A stretch of DNA of 64,000 bases. It comes from Octopus bimaculoides (Eukaryota). The notes under the pieces were generated by a model. The model did not search any database, was not told the origin of the DNA, and saw nothing but the letters and a program-made list of their open reading frames with translations. Below, one piece after another: positions 13,384-26,196 of the stretch (positions are counted from its first letter, which is position 1; each line of letters starts with the position of its first letter). Both the position numbers and the translations under genes were made by a program. Location: contig NC_068984.1 of assembly GCF_001194135.2 (NCBI RefSeq), positions 39,886,452 to 39,950,451 on the forward strand, read 5' to 3'.

Positions 13384-13985
13384 TCAACTTATGCAATAGA
13401 AGCAACTACAGATTAAAATTTTAATCTACAAGACATATTTTAGTATATGTATGTTGTTGAAAAATGAGATACTGCAATGGTCTTGGGGAAAAGTCTTTTT
13501 AAAGAAAATCACAATATACTTCAGAGCTATATAAAACAATGCACATTTATCACTCAAGGAAGTAATCACAAGAGTGAAAGGTGTGCATTTCACTGCTTTT
13601 GTGGCTTATCAATGCTAAACACTTGGGTTCACTTCCAACATGAATTCACCTTACTCAGTCTAAAGTATATAGAAACAGTGGAATAAACAATGAAAAATTA
13701 TTCACAAAGAGGCTGCTAGGTTATGCCTGTCACTAAGAAGTTGCACTGGATGGCACTGTCCCTTCACTATTCAATGGTGCACCCTCAGATTTAGAAAATA
13801 CAGTCTACAAAATTGTCCCACAATACAAATTAGTGCTCACCCAGAATATCCTGAAACACCTACCAAGCACCAAAGTCTGGCAATGGGCTTGTGCTAGGCT
13901 GAATAAAATTCATCTTGTACTAAATGTCTGGAGCTAAGAAAAATATCAAATATAATAGTTGGAAATACATATTATCAATTCTTAC

Positions 13986-14057
13986 CTCATTTTTAAGACA
14001 TTTGTTCAAAGCATGGTCTAAATCATTACAGACACCTAAGAACTTTTTCCAAGGATT
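13986..14057 (-). CDS. CMC2: CMC2 exon 2 (NPWKKFLGVCNDLDHALNKCLKNE), second CX9C
   Basis: tttgcag acceptor, GAG|GTAAGA donor, 72 nt, phase 0-0. Aligns with KFFG.CND.D..L..CLKNE of CMC2. Confidence 0.93.
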
Positions 14058-15215
14058 CTGCAAATTAAATAATGGTTTATTCCAATTATTATCACTAATA
14101 AACTGTTTTTGAACTAAACTTATAGAAACGTATATTCATCCATTCATTATATTTTCTTTAATTTGAATTCAATGAACTAGATAAAAATAGAAAAACTTCA
14201 AAAATTTCTTTTAAAAATCAAAGTACAATGAATGATTCTTTAAAGCTAATTAACACAAATGGTCATAAACTACATTTGGCATAAACTTAATAAAAATTTT
14301 TAAAAACTTGTTATAGTTTGTTCTAAGAAGGAAATCTGCAATCAACTACAGTGTCCCAAAACTGTATAGTCAAAATTCATATACTTAATAGAAAACTCAG
14401 GAATATACTATTTCTGTTTTATATCTATTTTGATATGCTATCATATTAGATAATATGTTTTACTAATAAATATGTTCCTTCTGCATACTGTTAGAGCAAA
14501 TAATTTTCCAATTGGATGCTCTTCTTGTAATTAATCACTCATTTATGAAGAACTGGAACCCTGTTTACCAACCAAAGTGAAGCACATAGAGGCATTTCTC
14601 ATATTAATTTTAGCCTCAGTCTAATTTTAACAGACCTTGAAAATCTACTCCTAACTTTCACAATATCCACATTTTCCAAAGCAATATGTTAGGTAAGGTC
14701 AGTAATCTTTTACCAAAACTTTAGGAAATAATATAAAATATATAAAAATATATGATTTAGAAATGGACAGGTGTCTTCACTACAGCCTCAGACAAGGCAC
14801 TGTTATAGGAGTGGAAGAGAAGTAGCCTGTAACGTGTATGTGTGTGTGTGAGAGAGAGAATGAAGTTCTCTTTGTTATTAACACTGAGCAGAAAGCTGTG
14901 TCTCTGCTTACAATCTCAAGTGGCCAAATGTCCCCTATTCCCAGTTTTCATTCTACCTTCTACCTTTGAAAGCAAGTTAACATTAGAAACAGAAAGCACA
15001 TCCAAATATAGAAAATCTGTCTCGATAATTTTTATCTAACTCTTGCCAACATGAAAAAAAACAAAACAATAAAATAATTTTTTAAGAAACGATGTAAAAT
15101 CAAACAAATGGACAAAACTCAACAGAAACAAGTTCTTAGTGTTTGTATATAGCTTTAAAAATAAATTACATAATGACAGGAAACTAAAAAAAATTATCCA
15201 AGATTTAATTTTTAC

Positions 15216-15296
15216 CTCTTTGTGACACACTTTAAGAGCATAAATAATGTCATTACACTCTCCTGTATGAAGATGTGTGGACAGATCAGGATGCAT
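15216..15296 (-). CDS. CMC2: CMC2 exon 1 (MHPDLSTHLHTGECNDIIYALKVCHKE), first CX9C
   Basis: cag|ATG start, GAG|GTAAAA donor, 81 nt. The MHPDLS.HLHT.ECN motif is characteristic of CMC2/C16orf61. Confidence 0.93.
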
Positions 15297-15562
15297 CTGA
15301 TATAAATACAGAAAGGGAAGGATATGTTTGTTAATTATTTGTTGTCTGCTAATGTTAGGAAATTTTTTAACATTCTGATAGCATATTAAAGTGAGACAAT
15401 TTTAATGCAATTACAAAACATTTAAATTCTAAAATCAAATTTAATGGTCAGATATTCTGGTATTTTCTTGTAGCAAACTATCTAAGTATCATGCAAATAG
15501 AATAATCTTCTACACTTAGACAAAGAACCAACACTCACAATTGTTGTTAACTATGAAGATCT

Positions 15563-15720
15563 TTAATCCTTTAGCATTTAAACCAGCCATATCTGGTCCA
15601 AATAGTCTACCTGTTTTATGTTCAAGCCAAACAGGTCTGGCTTCTCATATCTACCATACAATGACAGTTTGAAAATAAATAATCCAACAAGTGCATTTAG
15701 ATGGTAGCTTGACCAGCAAA
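15563..15720 (+). mobile_element. piggyBac-type MITE copy (partial)
   Basis: TTAA-tcctttagcatttaaaccagcc, matching the element at 52222. Confidence 0.7.
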
Positions 15721-16389
15721 GAAAAAACAGGAAAATCTCCCAGAAATCATACACAGTACCATTTTTAATATTAAAGGATACACTGAATAGTGTAATCCTA
15801 GACACATCATCTGAAAAAAAATGGGATTGTCATAGTTGGAATGCTTTTGATCAAAGGTCTACCTGTTCAGATCTGACCTAAGATTAAACAACAAAATTTA
15901 ATCTCAAAGAATCAAAACTGTCATTATACTCTAATCAAGTCCATATTATGCCTTCACTGAGGCTACTAACAAATTATTCTATTATAGAAGAGCCTCTGCA
16001 ACACATGGCCAACCAATGCAAAATTGTGTGCATCACAATCTTATGCTAAATTTACATTTGATTGCCTAAATCCATACCATCTTACTACAAAGCTGATCTG
16101 TCTATGAAGTTCATGTGGTCAAGGGTTTTTACATTATTTTGATGTTACCACAAAACAGAGTTGACTATACATCTTTATCCTTCTGTTTTAAGACTGAGTT
16201 GACCAGTGCTATCCACTTTAAGGTCCAGTCCTTGCTGTGTGTGGTGGTTTGTGTGCCTCAATGACCCTTACAGCCAAGCCAATGGAGCAAAAGCTCCTGA
16301 TAGGGCTTCCCTGTTGAACAGATCAAAGAACTAATATGAATTCCCTTCTTCCCAGAGGTAAAAATGGGTTTGCTTGAACCAACACCCCT

Positions 16390-16668
16390 ACATCATCATC
16401 ATCATTTAATGTCCATTGTCCATACTGGCATGGGGTGGATGGTTTGACCAGAGCTAGCAAGCTGGGGAGCTGCACCAGACTCCAGTCTGATTTGGCATGG
16501 TTTCTATGGCTGGATACCCTTTCTAATGCCAACCACTCTACAGAGTGTGCTGGGTGCTTTTACATGGCACCGCACAGGCACTTTCACATGGCACCGCACA
16601 GGTGCTTTTACATGGCACCACACAGGTGCTTTTACATGGCACCACCATAAGTGCTTTTCACTCCCCGA
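16390..16668 (-). mobile_element. RTE 3'UTR copy with 24-bp tandem repeat (about 4 units, 16554-16650)
   Basis: catcatcatcatttaatgtcc tail. Repeat unit gtgcttttacatggcaccgcacag. Confidence 0.85.
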
Positions 16669-17139
16669 GGGACTGGCCTTAACACTTCTGCTGTGGCATG
16701 TGGGTCTTCTTAGGAACAAAAAATTATAGACACATCACTGACAATTCAAAACCAACAAGCACTTGGAGAGGAAGGCCTTCCTTCAAGGGAAAAGATGAGA
16801 GTGCTCCCACCACCACCACCACTACCATACTAAAGGAATAGCCCTGCCCAGAGTCTGGGAACAGTAGAGCAAAGTCATTAATGGCCTATACTCTTTAGGG
16901 AGCGAAAGGCTTAATTAGTTTCCAATGCTATGTCTTTAGTTAATATCTGACAATAAATACCCCATAGCCACCCCTTCACCTAGTTTGTATATATCATTTT
17001 CTATTTTGAAATGCATCATTCTCATACACAATATCAGCATTTCCCTTATATTATTGGTTGGTGTTTTTATCCTATACTTTTCTAAATATTGTGATATGCA
17101 TTTAGTTTGGTCAAACAGTTGATGGAGTTTCTTTTCTAG

Positions 17140-18220
17140 TTGGGACCACTGTCAGCAGGTTAACAACACCAAGACATCTCATTTGAGAGAACACACGAGG
17201 TGACAAGTAAGGTGACGGCCAAAACCCAGACCTGGTCTGGGAGGACGTTATCCTTGCTAGGAAGGGCCAAGGTTACACAGGTGTTTATAGCATCTGTGAT
17301 AACCTACCACCTAACCATCATGCCATGCCACAGTTTGTGGCTGAACAAGCTGGAAAGGATCCTTTTCTGCTTTTTGTGGAAGGGGAAACCACCATTTGTG
17401 AGGCACTCCATTTGTTGTCAGAAACTGTTAAAGGGTGGAATGGGATTGCCTTGGCTGATAATGCGCAAATGTGCGTTGAAGCTGAGACACCTCCAGCACT
17501 ACCTGGATGGTGAGCAGGTGTGGTCACCGCATGCCAAGCAACTTTTTCCACAATTGGAGTCCCTTCAGGACTTAGGCACATGGATCAGGCAGAGGCCTAA
17601 GATAGGGGAATGTCAGAGTGAGTGCAGACAAGCACTCAATTTGTTCTCCCAGGTGAGCAGTACCGGCAGTGAGGTTACCACTGTGGATTTTTATAGAGAG
17701 TTGGTAGAGTGTAAGTCTGACGACGTCCTGAGGGTAGCTCTGGGCTTTGTTCGGCTTTACCAATTCAGGAGAGGTTATCCAGACACGGTTATAAGCCCCC
17801 CACCACCACCACCACCACCATGTCGCGCACGCCTTCGTACATTGTGGAGAGTTGAGGGGGTTGGTGACCTATGTCGAACAACTGATGTCAGATGGGGAAA
17901 GAGTACAGCTCTCGACTGAGTCCATAGTTAAGATTATACCGCCTTCCTCCTTTAACAAGGAAAGGAAGGCAGCCTTTGTCTGCATAGTAGCCATACTGAA
18001 AGAGACAGTGTGGCGAACAAGAGCAAAAGGGATTGAGACAGGTCACTTCATCTCCGGACAGGGGTTGGAAAGTTGGTTCAACTTCCACCTCGTGAGGAAG
18101 ATGTGTCTGGAGAGAAAGTACCTGCCTCATAGCGTATGAGAAAAGATGGAAAAATGTAGTAAGAAAGTTGCGTATGCATGGGGCCGTGCTAGTGAAGCCG
18201 GTCAATGAAGAAAAAAAGGG
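17140..18220 (+). mobile_element. Tx1/L1-clade LINE, 5'-truncated ORF2 C-terminal part
   Basis: WSGRTLSLLGRAK...LERILFCFLW..KPPFV...CCQ...GGMGLP motifs in ORF 17200-17919, continuing in a shifted frame to about 18190, then an A-rich end. Confidence 0.85.
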
Positions 18221-18779
18221 GAAAACAATTTCTCTCGGCTAAATAATAAAGAAAAAAATGAAGTTTCCAAACTGGACGGGCTGGAATAGAATCCGGAGAG
18301 AAAGTTATATAAAGTTTAATATTTTTAACTATACATTCATTACAATTTTTAAACCATAACGTTATGATCCTGATCCTCATATTGTAATCACAACAGCATG
18401 CCCCCCTCCTCTGTAAGACTGTTCATTGTTTGTCCCCGACCCCTCCTTGTTATATCTATATATGCCATTATAGGCAAATAAAGAAATCATTCAGTGCCTG
18501 TTGATTCTTCAACATGCGTTGGGTCAGGCCGCCGCACTTTACGCCAGCTCGCGCTCCCGTTCGCCTTTCTTGGAAACATGCGACTGCAACCGGAACATAT
18601 TCATGTAATGTTATAAGCTTCCTTCAATTAACCTTGTATGTTAACGCATTACCTCCAATAATAAAAGTTATGACTTATTACAAGTGTCTCGTGAATTCTA
18701 TTCTCTTGTTGTTATGAGCAAAAACAGTGACTCCCTTTTCTTTCATACTGACTAAATTATAGTGTCATTGAGTCAACGT

Positions 18780-19150
18780 TACCACCAAAAATGGATAACC
18801 CTGACACCACTATAACCCGATTTGAGTAGAAATCTGCTCTGACCTGCTGGAAGAGTTTGAAGCCAACGAAGACAAATTTTCCCCCTAATCTAAAGACAGG
18901 GATAAAATATGGGCGTAAGTTTATGACCCAGAAACGAAGGATTAGTCCATGGGAATAGCGTCACATTTCTTCTCCAAGCCCTGAAAAGTTCAAGAGTCAA
19001 CGATCGGCACAGAAAGTCATAGTGATTGTGTTTTGGGGAAATCAAAGGTGTCGTTTTTGATTTTCTGGAATATGGTTGTTCCACGAATAGCGAGTGGGTA
19101 CACTGATACACTAAAAAGCTTAGAGAAACCATTAAAAGGAAGAGACCTTA
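18780..19150 (+). mobile_element. Mariner transposase remnant
   Basis: YDPETK..SM..RH.SSP.P.KFKSQRSA.KV...VFWG motif region. Confidence 0.75.
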
Positions 19151-19385
19151 ACCGATGATTTTAAGCATAAAACTCTAAACCAGTCCTAGCCAATAATACA
19201 TATCATAAAGTGTACTTAATTTTATTGAATCGAAACGTATGCTCTCCAGCATAATAAGAAAATGAATCGGAGCGTCTCCTATTTGTTTCGAAAATTTTTT
19301 GTTTCAGATCGTTAACTCTGAAATTCTCCGTTAAACCTATCAATTTCAGGAAGACCGTCCTCGATAGCCTTCAGATCATTAGTTT

Positions 19386-19476
19386 GGCGGAGGTAAAGAA
19401 TACGTACAACACCCGTTTTCGGCGTAACAACACGCCTAACCCTAAACACCGGGTGTACGTATTCTTTACTTTCGCC
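19386..19476. mobile_element. 91-bp hairpin MITE with TAACCCTAA core, 9-bp TSD cattagttt
   Basis: Long TIRs ggc..gtaaagaatacgtac / gtacgtattctttac..gcc. Identical 9-mers on both flanks. Confidence 0.85.
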
Positions 19477-21499
19477 CATTAGTTTGACCTTCCTCGTTTT
19501 AGCATATACACATGGCTTGGTTGTTGCTCACCACAAGTATATCATTAAGTGGAAATAACTCTGGCAAACATCTTAAAAGGCATTAAAGATATATATTTAC
19601 TTATATATCGTAAAATACATTCATGCACCGTGAAGGAAATTGTGCTGATTTGAGCAAGGCCGCCTCTACTTCAAAGTAAACGTTTATTATATGCTATGGT
19701 ATTGAATACAATTTCATACTTTCGCAACATTAAATGACGAACTTAAATAAAAATGTTTAGCTCAATATAGTCTATAACTGTTACATAAACTATAGCAAAC
19801 CATATTAATAATGAGAAAAACGCAAATAGCTTCTGTAATCCTATTAATAATTGGAGAAAAAATTTCCTTTTACTAAAGAAATTTACGGATGTATGAAAAT
19901 GTGTACATCGATGTGAATCAAGTTTTAAATTAAGTTACTTACTTCATTAAATGTTCTGGTCGGCAAAAATTTCACTAAGTAAATCAGATAGTAGTTTAAT
20001 GTGCTTGAATCACTTCATAACTTTCTGAGAAATTAACTACCCAAGCCTTGTGTTAACAGAAGATAGTTAATTGAAAAAGCGCCAACTTTTTAGTAATCTA
20101 AACACAACATTTAAAAAGCGAGACTGAAATTAGTAATCAGTTACTTCGACGAGAAAATAATAACGTACGGGGAAATTTTTTGTTCAAGGGGGACAACTCA
20201 ACTGACTATTATTTCAATGTCAAATATAGCAACTCTTTTTCCTTTTAATTTTATGTATACACATTAGTGATTCACTAAATCATCCATAAATTCTTATGGT
20301 GCAAACATATATACTGATAGAGAATTCAGACCTTACATTTTCCCCAAGTAAGATATTTTTTTGCTCAGTCTTAATGACATGTAGAAAGACATTCGCAAAC
20401 ACACACGTACACATCTATATAATGTTACAAACGCATACACATATAAGATATATAGAATAACAGTCGCAGTATTTGGCATTCTAATAATACATCCATGTTG
20501 ACTTGGATATAAAGATTGTCATTTGATATTATTACTGCATCTGTCCCTAATAGTGAAGGAGCTGGAGATAACATCTTTTAACAGCATATAAAATGCATTT
20601 TTTTCAAAAAGAATGTCTCAAAGATCACACCAAGTTCTATATGTGAAGTTGAGCCTCCCACAACCTTTAATGCACCAAAACCCTTTTTTGAATATTCACT
20701 GTTGAAATTCTGGTGTGTCTAATATATTCATGTGGTTTTTATGCCATCAAATATGGGTGAAATTCTGGTTTATTTGCTTTTTGATAAACTTGCTGGCCAC
20801 CTGGAATATCAGTCGCTGAAAAAAATCACCATTATTCTATATATTTGTTGGCATTGAAATTTGGTTTGTATTTGACTAGAAGTCTACCACTGAGTATGCT
20901 GAAATCACATGATCTGGTACTTCCAGTGCCCATGCCAGACAGCTCTCATCTACTATGATATACATGTATGCTCTTAGCACCTCCAAAGGTGAATACCACA
21001 GTACTGAACATTCTAATAATACATCCACATCAAACAGGATATAAAGATTGTCATTCAGTATTAATAATGCTTCCATCACTAATATATATATAGCAAAATT
21101 CTTATAGTAAAACTGTCTCCAATTGGCAGATTTACATTATACACTCAACATTAACAACGCAATTTTTAAATGTCTGGACTGATGATTACAAGGACAAAAG
21201 TTCTCAAATTAGTATGACCATTATTGTGCATTGCTCTAGTTTTCCTGATGAAACTCATGTTCTACCCTTCTTTCACAATTGAGTGATTAGTGCCAGGGAA
21301 AGTATCCAGCTGTAAAAACAACTGCTTCCACAAAATACCCATCTTACCTGTGCAATCATATGAAAATAAATAAGTTTAAAAACAATATAGAATAATTTAA
21401 TTATTTTTCATCACTACATACCACTGATAATGTGGTAGGTTTGAAATTCTAGGTTGTAAGAAAATATGTTGAAATTATCTTAATTTTGGGTAATTAAAC

Positions 21500-21643
21500 T
21501 TAACTCTTTAGATTCAGATTACTCTGTCAAATGTAATCATACATTATCTTGTAGCTTTGAAATTTTGATGAAGTGATTCTTTATTTTCAGTATGACATTG
21601 TTGGGTAGGTGTGAGAGGTCAGATGTAAATGCTAAACGGTTAA
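21500..21643 (-). mobile_element. Internally deleted piggyBac-type MITE copy
   Basis: TTAA at both ends. Reverse-complement similarity to 52222-52432. Confidence 0.65.
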
Positions 21644-22289
21644 AGAGCAGGCTCAGAATCAACCAGTTCTATTTGATAATAGATCATAAAAACTTCAAAA
21701 TTAAGCTATGGAAATATATTCCAACAAACTATTTGGTGACAAACAAGCATAAACATGTGACCATATTAATTTGTCCTAAAACGCCTAAGTTTATTTTGCT
21801 TTCATTTTCTAAATAAATACTTGGCGACCAGTTTGCTTTCTAAAGTCTGGGTTGCTGATTAGCATATATATGAAGCTTCATAATATCCAAGGTGAAGGTG
21901 CCTTTGGCTACTTTAGCATAAGTTAGATTTGCTAAGAACTGTAATAATGTTTTCTAACATAAATCAAATATCAAGTGAAGTTAAGACTGTGTTAAGCTGA
22001 TTATAGCAAATAATGACCTTGAAAAAATGAAAGCACATCAACTAGAAACAAAAACTATATCAAGAACTTAGTTTGCAAAGAATTATCTCTTATACAGAGA
22101 AATGAATCCATTGTTTTGAGTAGTGGTAAAAATGGGCCTGTTGTGTATACAAAGAGCATTTGTAATGAGAATGGTAAAGAATAGCTCTAACAGAGAAATA
22201 AAGCTGGTCCTCATATGATTGTCTTCTAGTTTATTGGATATGCCTTTAATATTGGTTTTAAATTTTTGCACAAGGGATAAGTTGATTAC

Positions 22290-22447
22290 ATCGACCCCCA
22301 GTGTTCAACTGGTACTTATTTTATCGACCCCCAAAAGGATAAAAAGCACAGTCAGCCACGGCAGAATTTGAACTCAGAACATTGACACAGATGAAATGCC
22401 ACTCATCATTTTACCTGGCATGCTACCAGTTGTCAGCTCACTGCCGT
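22290..22447 (-). mobile_element. tRNA-derived SINE
   Basis: gattacatcgacccccagtgttcaactggtacttattttatcgacc...gaatttgaactcag. Related copies at about 5650-5710, 27390-27530, 28320-28480, 41660-41760 and 58270-58390. Confidence 0.75.
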
Positions 22448-22739
22448 ATTTACCTTTAATAATGACTGCTTACATTAACACAATGCTCCAAAATTTCACA
22501 TGAAAGGTACAGTTGACTGAGCTGATCACACCCAGAATATAAATATTTGAAGGGATCAGCTGAGTTTGGAGGAATGGAAAATATTGATAAATGGAATGAA
22601 ACTAAATACAGAAAACTGCTTTACAGGTTTTGCCAAATCATATGCTAAAAGTGATAAAGTTTATAAAGGAAGCTTGAAATGATTGAATACCAGTACAGAA
22701 AAATAAATAAAAATGAACAAAAAGAAAAAAAAAACCTTT

Positions 22740-25421
22740 ACAGTACTTTTTTTTTTATTCACAAAAAAAAAAAAAAAAAAAAAATTATATATACATATAT
22801 CAGTTCCATTCTTCACTTGCATTCAAATGGAAAGACAAAAACAATTTAAAATTGAATACCCTTTTTTTTTTTTATTTCGTACTTTTCATTGTATTTTTTT
22901 ATTATTTTGTTTTTTAGAAAAGAAATTAAATAAACCATGATTAAGATAACTTTCCACGCAAATCAGGTGTACATAATGATCAGAGCTTTCAAAAGTCAGT
23001 GTTTAGATGGACCGAGTCTTGTTGATAAATCAACTTAAATAATAACAAATGTTTAAAAAAAAAGGAGTATGGGGAAGTGGGAATCAACAAAGAAAAGCAA
23101 ACTTTTTCTTACTAGGGGTATCTAGAGTTGATTGAAACAAATCACAACTAAGCAGATATTTTCTTTTTCTACATCAGGACACACAGTTAGTTTCAATCAT
23201 TCAAGCACACCAAGTGTTTAGACAAATATATGTTAATTATATTTGAAAGACTATAAGAGTAGCTATTTTCCTCTTTTTTCATTTTAAATAATTTCGGTAG
23301 CTGCTATTTCCTGTCATGCAATAAAAAAAATATAAGTGTTTTGGGCCGTTTAATACAATGTAAAATCAAAAGTTGTATATACACTCAAATACACATACAT
23401 ACACACATACTCATGTATGTGTGTGTATGTATGTATGTGTGCAATTACACAAACACACAATATACATATATGTCTTTATACATACAAACACATAAGTAAA
23501 CTTACTTAAAAATATGTAAATATACAATTAAATTTAAGTTTCTTTCAGAGAAGAGAAATGCTGTTACATGCTAAAACTGAAAGAAAATCTATCCATTATA
23601 TAATTGAAATTCAGAAATTTGTGATAATAAAAATTTCTAGATTATTGCTTAAATAGTTCATGTTCTGATCAATAATAAATCCATACAGTTGTGTGTGTGA
23701 AGGCATGTAGCCTAATGGTTAGAGTATTGCACTTGTGAATGCAAGATCATGATCTGAATACCCAGACTGGCAATGCACTGTACTCTTGAGCAAAACACTT
23801 CATTTCACATTGCTGCAGTCCACTCAGCTGTAAATTCAAGAGGTATGTTGGACTGTCTTTCCTAGCCATCATTTGAAAGCTCCAATAATGCAAGGAAATG
23901 TATTGTGGCCAGTGGTGTATAACAATTTTCATTAGTCCAGTTGATACAGTGTTGATACGCACACATTTGGCTAAGATGCCATTGACCTCAGAATCTTTAC
24001 TTTTTACACATAAATCTAACAGTGACATCATGCATAAGAATGTTGAAACTGTTAAAAATTAATTAGAGAATTATAGTGATAAAACTATCTCATAAAGCAT
24101 GAAAACAATGATTTTCATTGCCCATGAAATTCAAAGTATTAAATTCATCCAATCTAGTTCATACAAAATAGTTATCAAAAGTTTAATTTAGAAGAAAACT
24201 TAAAACCTAAAATATGAATAAAACTAAAACTTTAGTATTAAAAAAATATTTTAAAATTATACATCAACATTAAAAAAAACTTATTAAAAAGCAATGATAA
24301 AACATATGTATCTGTTTTAGTAATCTTTTTTATATATGTATATGTGTGTATACATTCAAAACAAAAAAAATATTAGTATATAATTCTGATAAAATTTCAA
24401 TTAAGTTGATATAAAAACTATAAGTAGTAATATCAATTCTTTTTAATTAAAATTTTTTTTTTTTTTTTAAACTAACTTTATTTGAATGCGATCTACTTGC
24501 TTTTCATCAACAGAGAATCAGTAGCAGAAGCTGTGTGAAATAGAATTTTAGTTTTTAATTAGAAAATTATTTAATAGTTACATGAAAACCCATAATTATA
24601 TCTTGAGGTTTAGACGATGCTAAATATTGGACTACTAATTTTAGAGCTAATACAATACTATGTGGTATTGCATCTGGAAAAAAATTAGTAAACATAGGTT
24701 TTAAATCTAAACTATAGAGAGCTTTTTGATACAACAACAACAACAGTTAACTGGTTTATTTCAAAATGCTTTGAAAAGTGCCCAATGACTAACTATTTAC
24801 ATGGATTTTCTATAGTGATTTAGCCGACAAAAACTAACTACAACTTTCTAAGGTATTATCTCATTTATTAAAGGAATTACAAATTCACCGATATTCATGA
24901 CTGCATTTATTTTAGAATCTTAATTTAAATTTCAAAATTGTAGCTGACAAAAATCGTGATGAACTTTTCTTTACCAATTAGTAAATACAATGAACAAACG
25001 TCTTTAGAATAATGTAAGAGAATATACTGTCAGGCTCAAATATATATCTTTTTTTTTGTTGTTTTTTTTTTATGGTGATGGAGAATACAACCAACATAAA
25101 TTTACAAGGTTAAAACAGTCTCAAATTCAAATTTACTATATGAAAAAAATTAAAATTCCCATTTTTACAAGACGCAAAATGGTATGTATCTGAGTTAACT
25201 TGTTTATGATTTCAAAATTAGTCAACAGACTAATTAACAATTAAGTTACTAACAGGATTGTAAAGATGTAATGTACATTCACTAATGCCAACGAATAATT
25301 TGAAAACTAAATTGTATCCTCAATCAAAAATGCACGCGCATGCACACGCACACACGGAGCAACCCTTAAAATATACCAAATAAAATATTGCAAACAATAT
25401 CTTAAACTGAAAATATTCAGA
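22740..25421 (-). other. MEF2: Candidate terminal 3'UTR exon of MEF2 with poly(A) signal
   Basis: gttttctttcag acceptor (25422-25423). AATAAA on the minus strand at 22754-22759, followed by a long U-rich downstream element. Confidence 0.5.
23701..23970 (+). mobile_element. tRNA-derived SINE inside the predicted MEF2 3'UTR (antisense to the mRNA)
   Basis: Degenerate A/B-box head ggcatgtagcctaatggttagag..., followed by gagcaaaacacttcatttcacattgct...cactcagctg body. Confidence 0.7.
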
Positions 25422-26156
25422 CTGAAAGAAAACATCATTTATGAAATAATGCTGAGATCAGAATATATAATGGTACATATTTTAAACATTATTCATTCTT
25501 ATTTTAATAAGATGAACACCATAATTTCAGAAGAGATCAGCATATATCAAAGTTTCATTAAAGTAGTTCTTTTTATTTCCATAACTTTATAACCTAATAA
25601 CTTAAACCATCTTCTTAAAAGGATACTATGATGGGAACGAAAGACTCTTATTACCTCAATAATACTTGGCTTTAATTTATAAAGGAATTAAAATTTCCCT
25701 TTATCTTAATATCATTAAAATAATAACCATTATAATCAAATAATAGCAGCGAAAGAGTTTAAAAATTGATATAATATAATGACCAAAGATGGAAAATATG
25801 GGGCATAAAATTAGGAACAACAAAACCATAAAGAAGGCTGAAACAATCCCTCAGGAAAACCATAAAAACTGACATGCTTTGATATTTATAAAATTAAGTA
25901 GAATATCTGAGATAAACAAAAGCAAAATATATATGGATTAGTCTTGAAAAGTAAATATAAAACATTGCTCTAGATAATAAATTATATTTCAGTTACAGTT
26001 GGACTGTTTCACTTCACTTTTACCTGAATTTTCTAACTTCTCTTAAAAATAAACATCTTGAAATTATAACCATGTGTGAGTGTGGTGTGTGTCTATGTAT
26101 ATATAATTTCTACAAGGAAAAGGTTGACAGTAACTTCAAAGTTTTAGTTTGCTTAC

Positions 26157-26196
26157 CCTGATTACAGTGGGCAAGCTGAAACATCGAAGTTACTAC
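26157..26196 (-). other. MEF2: Candidate 40-nt 3'UTR exon of MEF2
   Basis: gatttttttacaag acceptor and CAGG|GTAAGC donor. Lies downstream of a TTG|GTGAGT donor at 31616-31621 that follows the stop codon. Confidence 0.5.

Noticed and set aside
16554-16650. CRISPR-like array
   Set aside because: Contiguous 24-bp units with no unique spacers, inside a eukaryotic LINE UTR.
18412-18514. Possible short solo LTR (TG...AATAAA...CA)
   Set aside because: No TSD, no PBS/PPT and no second copy in the window.
23701-23775. tRNA-like sequence
   Set aside because: Degenerate B box, no convincing cloverleaf, and it continues into a SINE body.
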